Source: Octopus sinensis (lineage: Eukaryota). From it: 64,000 bases of DNA. The translations under genes were made by a program, and so were the position numbers. Location: assembly GCF_006345805.1 (NCBI RefSeq), contig NW_021832417.1:1-64000 (forward strand), read 5' to 3'. Under the pieces are notes generated by a model. The model searched no databases, had not been told where the DNA came from, and worked only from the letters and a program-made list of their open reading frames with translations. Positions 24,054 to 35,147 of the stretch are shown here, one piece after another. Every line of letters starts with the position of its first letter. Within the stretch, counting starts at the first letter, position 1.

Positions 24054-24146
24054 CCATTACATGTGTTTCATTTCCTAATACAAATTACAAAGTTTTACTT
24101 GTTAGATAGACATATAAGGAATTTGTTTTAGAAATTCTTCAGAAAG
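24054..24146 (-). ncRNA. Long-stem-II hammerhead-like motif, left arm of palindrome (HHR-D)
   Basis: Minus strand: CUUU CUGAAGA AUUUCUAA..UUAGGAAAU GAAA CACAUGU A AUGG. Core intact, stem III near-palindromic, stem I partial. Confidence 0.55.
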
Positions 24147-24172
24147 AGCTATTAAATAATATAATTTAATAT

Positions 24173-24266
24173 CTGTCTGAAGAATTTCTAATAGGAAATT
24201 CCTTATATTTCTATCTAACATTTAAAACTTTGTAATTCCTATTAGGAAAGGAAACACATGTAATGG
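24173..24266 (+). ncRNA. Long-stem-II hammerhead-like motif, right arm of palindrome (HHR-E)
   Basis: CUGU CUGAAGA A UUUCUAAUAGGAAAUU..AAUUCCUAUUAGGAA AG GAAA CACAUGU A AUGG: 16-bp stem II, 4-bp stem I with wobbles, mismatched closing pair of stem II. Confidence 0.55.
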
Positions 24267-24319
24267 TGACTAAATAATATCCCAAAATTCTCAATTTTTT
24301 GTTTTGTTATACAATAACT

Positions 24320-24970
24320 TTTCAAATAATATTTCCATAAAGCTCAATTTTAATATGTACTTTGAAATAACGTACAGCAGCAACTGAGACTGCATATTGG
24401 ATTGTAATAATGAAATAAGCATGTGTTTCAAGAGGAAATGGCTTGGGTTTACCCTAACTACTTACACATTATATATATATATGTGTGTGTGTGTATAAAA
24501 ATTACTACTATCTACTTCTTTTACCAACCACAATTCTGACTGCCTTTTAATTATCCACAATTATCATTAATAACCTTCACAAAAATTCAAAGAATATAAT
24601 CAATTTTGAAATCCATCAAAATGCCACGTGACAATGAAGTAACCTGAATCAGTTCAAAAGAAAAGTATTCTATAAATAACCACTCCCTAAATGACCAAGA
24701 AAATTTGCCAACTTCAACAAACACTTCGGCTGCTATTGCTGAATTTTACCCAAACAATCAGTTGAGAAAAACAACTCATCGATGAAAGGTCATAGTTTAC
24801 TACTACCAAGCCTAATTCAAACTAATAATGGAGGAAAATTTCTCTTTAAACAATGTTATATTTACATACTCTGAAGAGATCATACTAACGATGCATAAAT
24901 TGTTGCATATAAATATACAACAATATGCAACTAGTGCAATCGAAACATGTGTCGGTCTATTATTATGAAT
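24320..24970 (+). mobile_element. Probable PLE C-terminus and 3' pseudo-LTR
   Basis: MYFEITYSSN*DCILDCNNEISMCFKRKWL resembles PLE C-termini; it is followed by an AT-rich UTR ending in HHR-F. Same orientation as the PLE RT fragment at 22.5-23.1 kb. Confidence 0.45.
24868..24956 (+). ncRNA. Long-stem-II hammerhead-like motif with GUC cleavage triplet (HHR-F)
   Basis: ACU CUGAAGA GAU..(long hairpin including ugcauaaauuguug / caacaauaugca)..AUC GAAA CAUGUGU C GGU. Intact core, G10.1-C11.1 pair, self-complementary stem III, putative cleavage after 24953, 3-bp stem I. Confidence 0.65.
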
Positions 24971-25161
24971 AAGCTAACTGGAAAAAAACATAAGCAAAAT
25001 TAGGTCTGTATAGATAGTATACAGTAGTGCTCAAATGGAAGTGAACATAAACTCCAACTACTTTATCAAAGGCCAACACCACAGCATCAAAAGCAGCTAT
25101 AAGAAATTTCCTAATTGATTTGTTATGGAGGTAGTAAGCTAGATAAACACAGTTTGATTTG

Positions 25162-25530
25162 AGGCATGCATTTAAATGGAGCACAAAACATAGATTATAA
25201 AATAAAGGAAAAGAATTATCTAATGTCTTATCTTGACAGCTGTTTCAAAATGACCATAACTTATGCAATAACCCTATTCATAAATATGCATAATTTTATT
25301 GGTGTGCAACCAGCAACAAGTTCAGATGAAGTTGTTAAAGTAAGTTAGGCTTCACTTTTCAAGAGTATGAGTAGTATTTACCATTCTATTCTAGCAGCAA
25401 CCAAAATAATATGTATGAATATAGTTATTATGTAAATTATGGCTATCTTGAAACAGCTGTCAGGATAAGACATTACATAATTTTTTTCTTTATTTTATGA
25501 TCTGTATTTTGTGATTTTTTGAAATATGCT
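25162..25530. mobile_element. MITE-like fold-back (core arms 25182-25287 / 25409-25513)
   Basis: cacaaaacatagattataaaataaaggaaaagaattatctaatgtcttatcttgacagctgtttcaaaatgaccataac matches the reverse complement of the right arm, about 80-85% by eye. Non-coding. Confidence 0.85.
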
Positions 25531-25640
25531 TTAAGCATAACTGTGTTTATCTACCTTTCTCTCTCTCTCTCTCTCACTCTCCTTACACACACAAATATAT
25601 ATGAATATATGTATACATAAATGCACACACACACACACAC

Positions 25641-25725
<85 letters not shown>

Positions 25726-26329
25726 AATGCACAAAATTATAAAATTGAAGTCAATATTAAATTAACATGAATGAAAATTAACTGAAGAAAGTGAAAGAAT
25801 ATGTGTTTATTATTATGTTAAAAATTTCAGAAAATTTCATTTTACCCTGTATTTAAGTTTAAATTTTGTGAATCTATTAGAAGATTTTAAAAAAATAATT
25901 TTTATCAAATTAAAAACATTAAGAATCATATGTTAGGGTGTTAATATTTTGTAGTATCCAGTATTGAAGAATAAGACTGTTTTATCAATAAGAACATTGT
26001 TTGGTTATTGGTCTAGTTGGCAAGGAATCTTCTTGTTCTGAGCCAAAAGTATATAAAGTGTGGTATAGATTCCAATTTTAGCCACCATTTTACTTTTATT
26101 TAATATTCTTTTCAAGATAGTTTTAAATACTCTGTTCATGACGTTTTCTGCATTAATAATTTGGTTGAAGCAAACAGCCAGAAAGAAAAGCAATGGTTTG
26201 GGGAAGGGGATTTCTTTTGTTTGAAGTTTTTCTTGTAAATTATTTAATGGACTGAAAGTCTTGTGGATTTAATAAAGTTGTAAATTGTTTAAGGAGAGGA
26301 CTATCAGAAACTATAGAACACACACACGC

Positions 26330-26640
26330 ACAAAGTGACTTAAGCATACCTGTAGCATTAACAAATTCACTATCAAACCACATGGTTTCAGGTTCAGTTT
26401 TACTGCATGACATATTGGGCAAACATCTATTCCTATAGTCTTGGGCTGACGAAAGCCTTGTGAGCAGATTTTGTATATGGAAACTGAAAGGAGCCCATTG
26501 TGTGTGTGTATATATATATATGTTGTGTGTGTATGTTTCCTTGTCTTGACATTGAGTTATAGTTGTAGATGAGCATCATTTTAACTTAAGCAGTGTCTTT
26601 CATTTCCAATATTCCATGAAAAACGTCCAGGTATGGTGAA
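26330..26640 (+). mobile_element. Decayed OK-type SINE (head and middle)
   Basis: caaccacatggtttcaggttcagtttta..gggcaaacatctattcctatagtcttgggctgacgaaagccttgtgagcagattttgtatatggaaactgaaag. Confidence 0.75.
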
Positions 26641-27000
26641 AATTTACATTACTTGAAATAATGTAAAAATCTGGCTGGCACATGTAAACATGGGAAAATG
26701 TACATTAAAATGATGATGATATATTTCATATTTGTACCTAGTTTCCAAGATTCTTGCTGTAAATTTGTGCATTGAAACAAATCTTGTATCTAATAATAAT
26801 AAGCACATGCACTGTATTTACTATTATTATTGGTGTAAATAAGAAAAAATGCACTCATATATTTGTCAGTAGAGTGGGTATATTAATCAGAGTATATAGT
26901 ATTATACCTCTGTTTGGCTGATCTTACACTAAAGGTTCAATGGAGTGTTAGGTAGTAGTCCAATTATGTAACCCTGAGCTCCATATTTCATTCCATAACT

Positions 27001-27090
27001 GCCATCTCTGAGGAGCACAGAGTTATATAATCAGACTGTTACCTAACACTTCGTTGAACCCCTAGTGTGATACTTAAAGGTAAGATTGGC
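27001..27090 (+). ncRNA. Degenerate hammerhead-like motif (HHR-G)
   Basis: GCCAUCU CUGAGGA GCAC..GUGU GAUA CUUAAAGGU A AGAUUGGC: 7-bp stem I with one bulge, 4-bp stem II, near-palindromic stem III; GAAA is mutated to GAUA. Confidence 0.5.
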
Positions 27091-27121
27091 TGAAATGGAT
27101 ATATAATACTGGACACTTCAA

Positions 27122-27161
<40 letters not shown>

Positions 27162-27899
27162 TAAAAATGATGAGAGAAATAGTATGATGAAATTTATTTA
27201 ACCACTGGAAAATTTCTATATCTCAACAAATTATTTTGTAACTTTTATGTTCTATTTAAATACTGAAATATTATGGCAAGAATTTAGTATTGAACAAAGA
27301 TTTTTCTTTCACCTGAGGATATAGCTTAATTTCTGCATTGCTTTACAGGATTATTTGCATTAATGTAGACATCTAAGTAATGCATTTATTATTAAATATT
27401 ATAAAATAAATTATCTTTACATACTTTAAGTTACAAAACAATTTGTTTGTTGTGATATGGAAATTTTCCAATGGTTAGATAAATTTTGTCATAGTATTTC
27501 ACTCATCATTTATAACTTTATATATTCCTTATGGTTTTCTCTTGTATTATACTATATCTTCAACATGTTTTATAGAATGATACATTAAAGAACTTTTTTA
27601 TGAGTACTACCAGAATACTTGAATCTGTATATTGTGACTTAAATGTACACACATACATGCATGCACGTGCACACACACACACACACACACACACAATACA
27701 ATCTGTTTGTCAGATTTTCAGTCCCAGGATTGTTGTAACAGAATGTTATTCTTTTATTTTTTTGAGTGTTTGAGTCGTAGGACTGATGTTATTTTGGAGA
27801 ACCACGTTTATTTTCTTTCCATTTTGTTGTCACTTTATGGCTGGAATTTGGTTTATGATATCTCTAATATGTACATGCCATGATCTTTCACTCCTCTCT

Positions 27900-28400
27900 A
27901 CCTTTTCTTGATCATACACGTCATATGCCAAACTTGTATGATTCTATAAGCAAAGACCTCAGAAACACCCTCGAGTATATCCATGAGAACTTCATTTAAT
28001 GGCAAAAGAACTCAAACCCTAATCACATCAAGAAAACACCACTACACCTCAACTCTCAAACATGTGTGACATTCAGTTAGAGCTCTTACACTCAAAATGC
28101 TTGGCCCCACTGTCACTGATGACCTCTCCTGGTATAATCACTTTCTTAGCATAGCTAGGACTGCATCTTCTCTTCATGACCAGGAGATATTTCAGCATAC
28201 AGCAGACTACATGAAAAGTTATTGAAAATATTACAGGGGTGCCTCACAGTACATATAGTCAGTTGGGCCAACAAAATATTCACTGCTGATCAAATCCTAC
28301 TTGGGGCCAAACAACAACAACTTCATACCAACCTTATTCAGGCCTTCTGAAACTCTTTTCATTCCCTGGGCATAGAATGATATTGTTCTGATTGACATAT
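27900..28400 (+). mobile_element. Heavily decayed CR1/L2/Jockey-type LINE RT C-terminal fragment
   Basis: SKDLRNTLEYIHEN..FNGKRTQTL..MLGPTVTDDLSWYNHFLSIARTAS resembles the LGVTI..DLSW..HI motif. Confidence 0.5.
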
Positions 28401-30150
28401 TAACACAGAACAACAGGAAATTGCTGTTTTTAACCCCCACCTCCACCTTACTTTCTCACTTCAGAACACTTGTCTCCTTTATAGTTGTACATTTAACCTA
28501 CACTTCAAATACAGCTACTTCTCTTGGCAAAGTAACAATTATTCCCTTCTAACATTAACTGATGCTCTCTTCCCTTTCCTCTCTCTAGATTCTTTGATAA
28601 AGAATACTAAAGTTTATTTTATTCATTTTACTGCTTGATTAGAAGTAGCAAAAAAAAATGTATCGAAAATTTTAAAGATTATTTTTCACATTTTTCATTA
28701 TTGTTTGCCTTTCAAATTCAAAAGAATATAATAATAGCTAAATATTTTTTTCTGGTGTACCCTTTATTTATACTGGTGTGTGTTTCCATTAATTTACTGA
28801 GTAGTTGGATTGGTAGAACCATTAAAACTTTGGAAGACCTGTTTTGCGGGTTCTAATCACACATGGGTCAACTTTACCTTTCATCTTTTTTTGAGCTAAC
28901 AAAATAAAGTAGCAGTCAAGTACTTAGAATCGATGGTATTAACTAATTCATTCCTCTCAAAGTTACTTGCCTTGTGCCTAATTAGAAATAATTATTATGA
29001 CTATTAATTTTATCACATAGTCGTTATAGTTGTGATACTGATATACTGATAACTTCTGCATGTATATTGTTTAGAAATTCCCTGGCAGCAAAGTCAGAAT
29101 AAAAGCAAGAAGAAAAAAAAATACCAAAAAGTCACTGCTAAAATAAATTGATTGAAATCCGCAGTAATTTATTTAAATATTTATTCTTTAAATCTTTTTA
29201 CTTGGCATAAAGAAAAAACGACCGTATGATCTCTGAAGTTAGTTGATGCTGGTAGATGCAGAAAGAAACTTTTTTACAAAGTCAGGTTACTTTTTCTGAG
29301 AACATATTACAAAACTTTCAAATACTGCACATTTTATTTATATGTTTACTATCTTTAATTTACTGGGTTTTTTAAAATATTCTTCTCAGCTATAGGAAAA
29401 TAATTATATATCACTGTAACTTAATATTACATAGAAGACAGGATTTTATTGCACATCAACCTGAACTTATATCTAAGAATATTTTTCTTAATATGTTTTT
29501 TAAACTTCAAACTTAAAGAGAACAAATTAGTAGACAGAATGTGTGTGTGTGTGTGTGTAGTGAATGTCTTCATTGGTAAAATCCTGAATGAGATTCAAAG
29601 CAATAATTTTGGTACGCAGTAAGAATTTTGGTGACATATTGCAATTTTTATGGAACTCAAGTTAACACAAGCCTACTTTATTACAAAGCTTAATCTCATC
29701 CTGAACCACTGAAGAGAAATTAACTCATAAATATATGTAACCACAAGTTAGGTATATATAGGATGGCTGCACATATACTTTTAATAAATATGTAAATTTT
29801 GATCAAACACTCATTTGTTTTGTCTTCCATACACTGTTAACACATAATAAAAACAATACTCTTTTTCAGTGAACATGGCTAATATTGGGATTTTATGCTT
29901 ACAATGCTAGAGTAATTTTTAATATTTTAAATAATATGTCTTGGCTAAACTTCCTGTTTATAGATCAAGAGTTTGAATCTGTTGAAAGTGTTTCATTATA
30001 TTCTGGAATGGAACATTTTATTCCATATCGCCATTGTTTAGGTTGCCCAGCACTCACAAATGGTATCTTGTAAGTTCCCTCAGGGGAATTATATTCTGGT
30101 AAATTCCTTATAATTGACAGCTATTTATCATTGTTAAATTTTTCAAAATT

Positions 30151-30395
30151 TTATGTGCAGGTGGCACATAAAAAGCACCGCTTGCGCATGGCTGTTGCCA
30201 GTACTGCCTGACTGGCCCTCGTGTCAGTGGCACATAAAAGCACCCACTACACTCTCGGAGTGGTTGGCGTTAGAAACTCTGCCAGATCAGATTGGAGGGT
30301 GGAACAGCCATCTGGTTCACCAGACCTCAGTCAAATCGTCCAACCCATGCTAGCATGGAAAGCGGACGTTAAACGATGGTGATGATGATTATGAT
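30151..30395 (+). mobile_element. RTE 3' tail copy ending in (GAT)n
   Basis: ggcacataaaaagcacc..cactacactctcggagtggttggcgttag..gtccaacccatgctagcatggaaagcggacgttaaacgatg is homologous to 36450-36697. Confidence 0.9.
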
Positions 30396-30484
30396 GATAT
30401 ATATACATACATGCACATATGCATAAGTGTACATATGTGTATATATATATATATATATTTATATACATACACACATATACATAC

Positions 30485-30553
<69 letters not shown>

Positions 30554-30955
30554 CACATTGCTAAATATTAGTTAAAGATTTTATTGGGAAGTAAATATGT
30601 CACATTTCATTAAGAATGAGAAAGAAATTCATAGATAAAATGTTATTAATAAGAAATTTACTCAATATATACATGAATAATCAAACAAAATAAAACTTAA
30701 AACGTAAAATCACAAAATAATGCAGTGAAAAGATAACACTATTTTAAATTGGATGCTGGAAGAAATATTCTAAAAAGAGAAATTTCCAAGTAATCTCTCA
30801 TAAATTATCCATTTTCACGATTTTGACATTCAGTCGTAGTACCTTGCATCTTCACAGCACTATCTTTATTTCCCTTTGTGATGTGGATTTGCTGCACGAT
30901 TGATATACTATTTGAATATTACTTAATTCTTGAATTTTCCTTTTTCAAGTTTAAC

Positions 30956-31124
30956 GATGTATTTACTCTGAAGAATTTGCCAATGATGTATTTACCTTGA
31001 TGCTGAATGAATTTACCAACAATATATGTAGCCTTGTAATGTAATTACCTTGCAATTTAATTACCAGGTGATGAAATTACAGGCAATGTATTCACTGTGA
31101 TGTAATTACCTGAGATGAATTTAC
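30956..31124. repeat. Degenerate ~15-bp tandem array (consensus gatg(t/a)aattaccNNN, about 11 units)
   Basis: gatgtatttactct, gaagaatttgccaat, gatgtatttacctt, aatgtaattacctt, gatgaaattacaggc, gatgtaattacctga, gatgaatttacagc. Confidence 0.8.
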
Positions 31125-31149
31125 AGCAGTTCCTCAGAAACAGGTACCA

Positions 31150-31385
31150 GATCATTTGAAAGTGTTACTGTAATAAACTAACCAACGAGGGTGCCACTAT
31201 TAAATTGTTTGACTTGCTAGAAATAGTAGCCAAATCTCTTTCAAATACATCTTACTCTCTGAAAAAAGCAAGATATATAAGGTAGTACTAAATATATAAA
31301 AATATAGGATGATCACAGTTGGAATGTCTTTGATTATAGATCTGTTTGATCAAAACTGACCCAGAACTAAACCAGAACAATATGC
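31150..31385 (+). mobile_element. Octopus short interspersed repeat with (AAC)-type tail
   Basis: gacttgctagaaatagtagccaaatctc..ggatgatcacagttggaatgtctttgat..gacccagaactaaacc. Related decayed copies at ~31590-31790 (-), 39440-39620 (+) and 55995-56080 (+). Confidence 0.6.
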
Positions 31386-33502
31386 AATAGAACAGTGGTT
31401 TATTTGAATGTTAATTTAATTTTTATTCTTATTTGTTTAATGATACAAGATTGGGCCTAAACATCCAAAACTAAACTCCAAAAATCCCTTTAGGAGCTAA
31501 GAGACAATATTTCTTCTTTTATTACAAACACTAAACATCATGTTAAATTTATGATTTCAGACATCTAGTTTTGGGGTTAACATGTGACTCAACTTATTTA
31601 TGATGTTCATTAATCTTGATTCAGCCCTAATGAAACAAACCTCTGATTCAAAGCATTTCAGCCTTGAGTATCTCATTTTCCCTTTGATGTATATCTTAAA
31701 GCACGCTGCCTGTTTTATAATTCTCAAGGAATATAGCTGCTACTTTTAGCTGGTTAAATGACCACATGTAGGCTCCGTCATTGGATCATGTGACTTATTG
31801 TTTTGTCAACAAAAGAAAAATATTGCAAATAATCTAGAAATTTTATGGAGCTGTATAATATTTCTAATTCTTCCACAAGAGACAGAATGTTCATTGTAGT
31901 AACAAATGATAGGTCTACTCAGTCAGCCTTGGGCTAAACATCTACATCAATTTGTTGTCAGTTAGTCCTTGTTCCATCTTACTTACTTCTGCTTGAACTA
32001 TAATTGCCTAAGCATCTCTTCATTCAACAATTCTTTTCTTATTACTAGAAGCATACTTGGTGGGAATAGAACATAGCATTCTACTCAATATTATAAACAT
32101 GGTGGATTAGAAAAGTCAAGCTGCTATTAGTGTATTTAGTTATGTCCCTTTGCAATCTATGTTCAAACCCCACCTGGCTCAATTCTGTTTTCATCCTTCT
32201 GGATGGTATAAAATACATGTGATATATAGATGGGATCAAATTAATCAACTGTGTTCTTGAACACAATTTATAATTTTGTGCTTATGTTTGATTGGCAATT
32301 CTGTATTCTAGGTTTGATTCCAATGCAAAGCACTCTAGGACAAATATCTTCTACTATAATTTTAGATTGACCAATTCTTTGTAAGAGGAATTTAGTAAAT
32401 GGAACCTGTACAGAATTCTACTGTGTATGTATGTGTATATCAGTGAAGGATGCAACCATTGATCAGAGAATCTATGAACTGGCAAATTTAAATGATGTCA
32501 CATAGTATTTGTTCTGCCTGAGCTAAACAGACAATCTTTTATTATTATCACTATTGTAAATGTAAGGAACTACTGTTTTGTCCACTGGAAACTTGTAATC
32601 AACAATGGTATTCACAAAAGTGATATAAAAAAAAAAAAAAAAATAATACCACAGCTGTAACTAACATCAGGTGATTTATTATTGGATTAGTGTGTTACAC
32701 CTCATGTAGAATTAAAAATAAGAAAAAAAATCCTTGTCTGTCGAATCCTCTCCTATTTCAAGTGGACACTCCTGCAGTAGCAGCAGCAGAATTCTTCCCA
32801 GTATAACAAGATTCTAGAATTTTCTATTGCTATGTGTATGAGCAATTATCAAGAATAATGGCATGAATTTCATCTCTTTAATGATACTTCCTTCTAAATG
32901 AAAGGCTCCTTTGTCTCCAAGCTATGAACAGAATAAGGTTGTTTTAAAACCCTCTTTGTTTACAATTGCCATAGATGTGTTGCATGTAAAGGGATACATT
33001 TGTTATTTTTAGACAATTATTAACAGAAATTAGAGATGAGAAGAAAGCAGTAGTTATTTTGATATTTTTGGTAAAGAATTTACTAACTAAGCCAGATTGT
33101 ATTGAAATAAGGCTATTGTCTAATGTGTGCATTCCACTGATTCTTCTGTCCATAAATCAACAGAACACTGAGTGCAAGACAAAACTAGATTGAGAGAAGA
33201 CAAACAGATAAGAAAGTTATAAATTATACATGGAAAGCCAGAGGAAAAAGATAAAAGGAATAGTAAGAGCTGTTATAATATAAGTATGCTGCATGAGTGG
33301 AGATCACTGAAATTAGCTAGCATCTATTTAAAGCTCTGTTTACACTACTTTGAGTTTTTACTACAGGCCTTAGGTATTTTAGCACAGCTTTTCACACATT
33401 ACACTCAAAGTGAACAAACTGATTTTTGACAACTTTCAGCGTCTGATTTATGCCAAATTAATTGCTTGAATTATGCAATTCGGCAGATCTGAGAGGGAGA
33501 AA

Positions 33503-33504
<2 letters not shown>

Positions 33505-33547
<43 letters not shown>

Positions 33548-33549
33548 CA

Positions 33550-33600
<51 letters not shown>
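33505..33600. repeat. (AG)n microsatellite
   Basis: Directly visible. Confidence 0.97.
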
Positions 33601-33601
<1 letters not shown>

Positions 33602-35147
33602 ATTATTTGAGTATAACAGAATCTGTATGTGCAGCTTAGCAAAGCAAATACAATTCATTAATATTCTAACAATAATACAAAGAAAATATGACTGGAGAAA
33701 ACTAAGAACATTTTATTGGAAAAAAAAAATTTCCTATGTCATATAAGAATTGTGATTTTTTCTTAGTGTCTGTGAAGGACAGGTTTATAGAAAGGGAGGA
33801 TAGGGGATTTTATAGTGAACAGAAAACCTGAGAAGCAGTTAGTGGTTTATATCCTGTTCATGACTGTCAGTCCTAACTGAGCATAGGTATCATACAACAG
33901 GAAGAATTTGCTATTTCTGAAGGTAACTGTACTGATAAGGGATTAGTTGGTGTTACTTCAGTAAAACCTTTTGTGGGCTGGAAAAGTCATTTCTTATTTT
34001 TAATCTTATTCTGGCAACACAATTCTATCACCTCAACTTATCTTGCCATTGGAACCAGACTCCAGTTCTGGTTACTACTTGCAATGATTAGTGCACAACA
34101 GTCGGTTATATGATAAACTCATCACTCACAAGCCTTCTCCACTAGGTGCACACCATGAAAAATTTACTTGTTAAAAGATTCATTTGGATCAAACTTGATA
34201 TATTACTGGTATTATTTTGACAACACTAGCTGAATAAATTTCAGAACTGGTACAAGTGAGATTTGAATTCAATGTGCAGAGGAAGAAAACTAAATCTTGT
34301 AAGAGATTTCATCTGGAATTAGGTAATGTTTCTCCCAACTTGCTGTTATACACATATTAAACTATACTATGTAATTAGCTGATAGATATTTCAATTCTGT
34401 TTTCTTAAGTTTATATAATTAATGTTAGACATAGTTCTAGAGATAGCATAATAGAGTTAGAAAGGTGGGAGGAAGTCAAAAGAACTATTATCTCTGTGGA
34501 ATCAAAGTAATTTCTTCTCCATGAGAAAACCAGATTCTATGATGTGATGCTAATTGATAATGAGATATGGATGCTAAGTGCAGAGGAACAGCAGAGGCTG
34601 AAGAGAAATCAATCATGTTTGACTTATTTAGGATACAGTTTTAACTTATATAAAGAGCAAAATACAACTGAGCTGAGGGGGTGAATGTATATTAAAGGCA
34701 TGAGGCAATGGATGGAGGAGAGATGACTGCTTTAGAATGGATGATGTGACAAAGGAAGATGGAAAAACATATTGGAACATATTGGAACAGGTAGTAGTAT
34801 CAGGATATTGGGATTTACAGGCAAAATATTGAAACATGTGGCAATATGCTATGTAGCTGCCCATGTGACTTACACATCACAGGAAACAGATGTTAAAATA
34901 ATGATGATAATGATGTTGATAGCGAATATGATGATAATATTAGATATTGATGATGATGATAGTGATGATATTGAAGATGTTATAATGCTGAACATTTAAT
35001 ATGTCTACATCAATCTTAACTAAAATGTAGAAAGGAGAGAGATGATGTTCAAAAATCCTTTCAGCTTTGCCATTAATTATTAAACAACATAGTGTTGGTA
35101 TAACTAATGGTATAACTGATAATAATGTGGATTAGTCAATAGATTTG

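Larger units (their letters stand above)
24051..24269. repeat. ~220-bp palindrome (arms 24051-24157 / 24164-24269, 6-nt spacer)
   Basis: tcaccattacatgtgtttcatttcctaatacaaattacaaagttt..tagaaattcttcagaaagagctattaaat matches the reverse complement of the right arm, with about 85-90% identity by eye. Confidence 0.95.

Noticed and set aside
30956-31124. CRISPR-like or repeat-spacer array
   Set aside because: Units are contiguous ~15-mers without unique spacers, the context is eukaryotic, and there are no cas genes.
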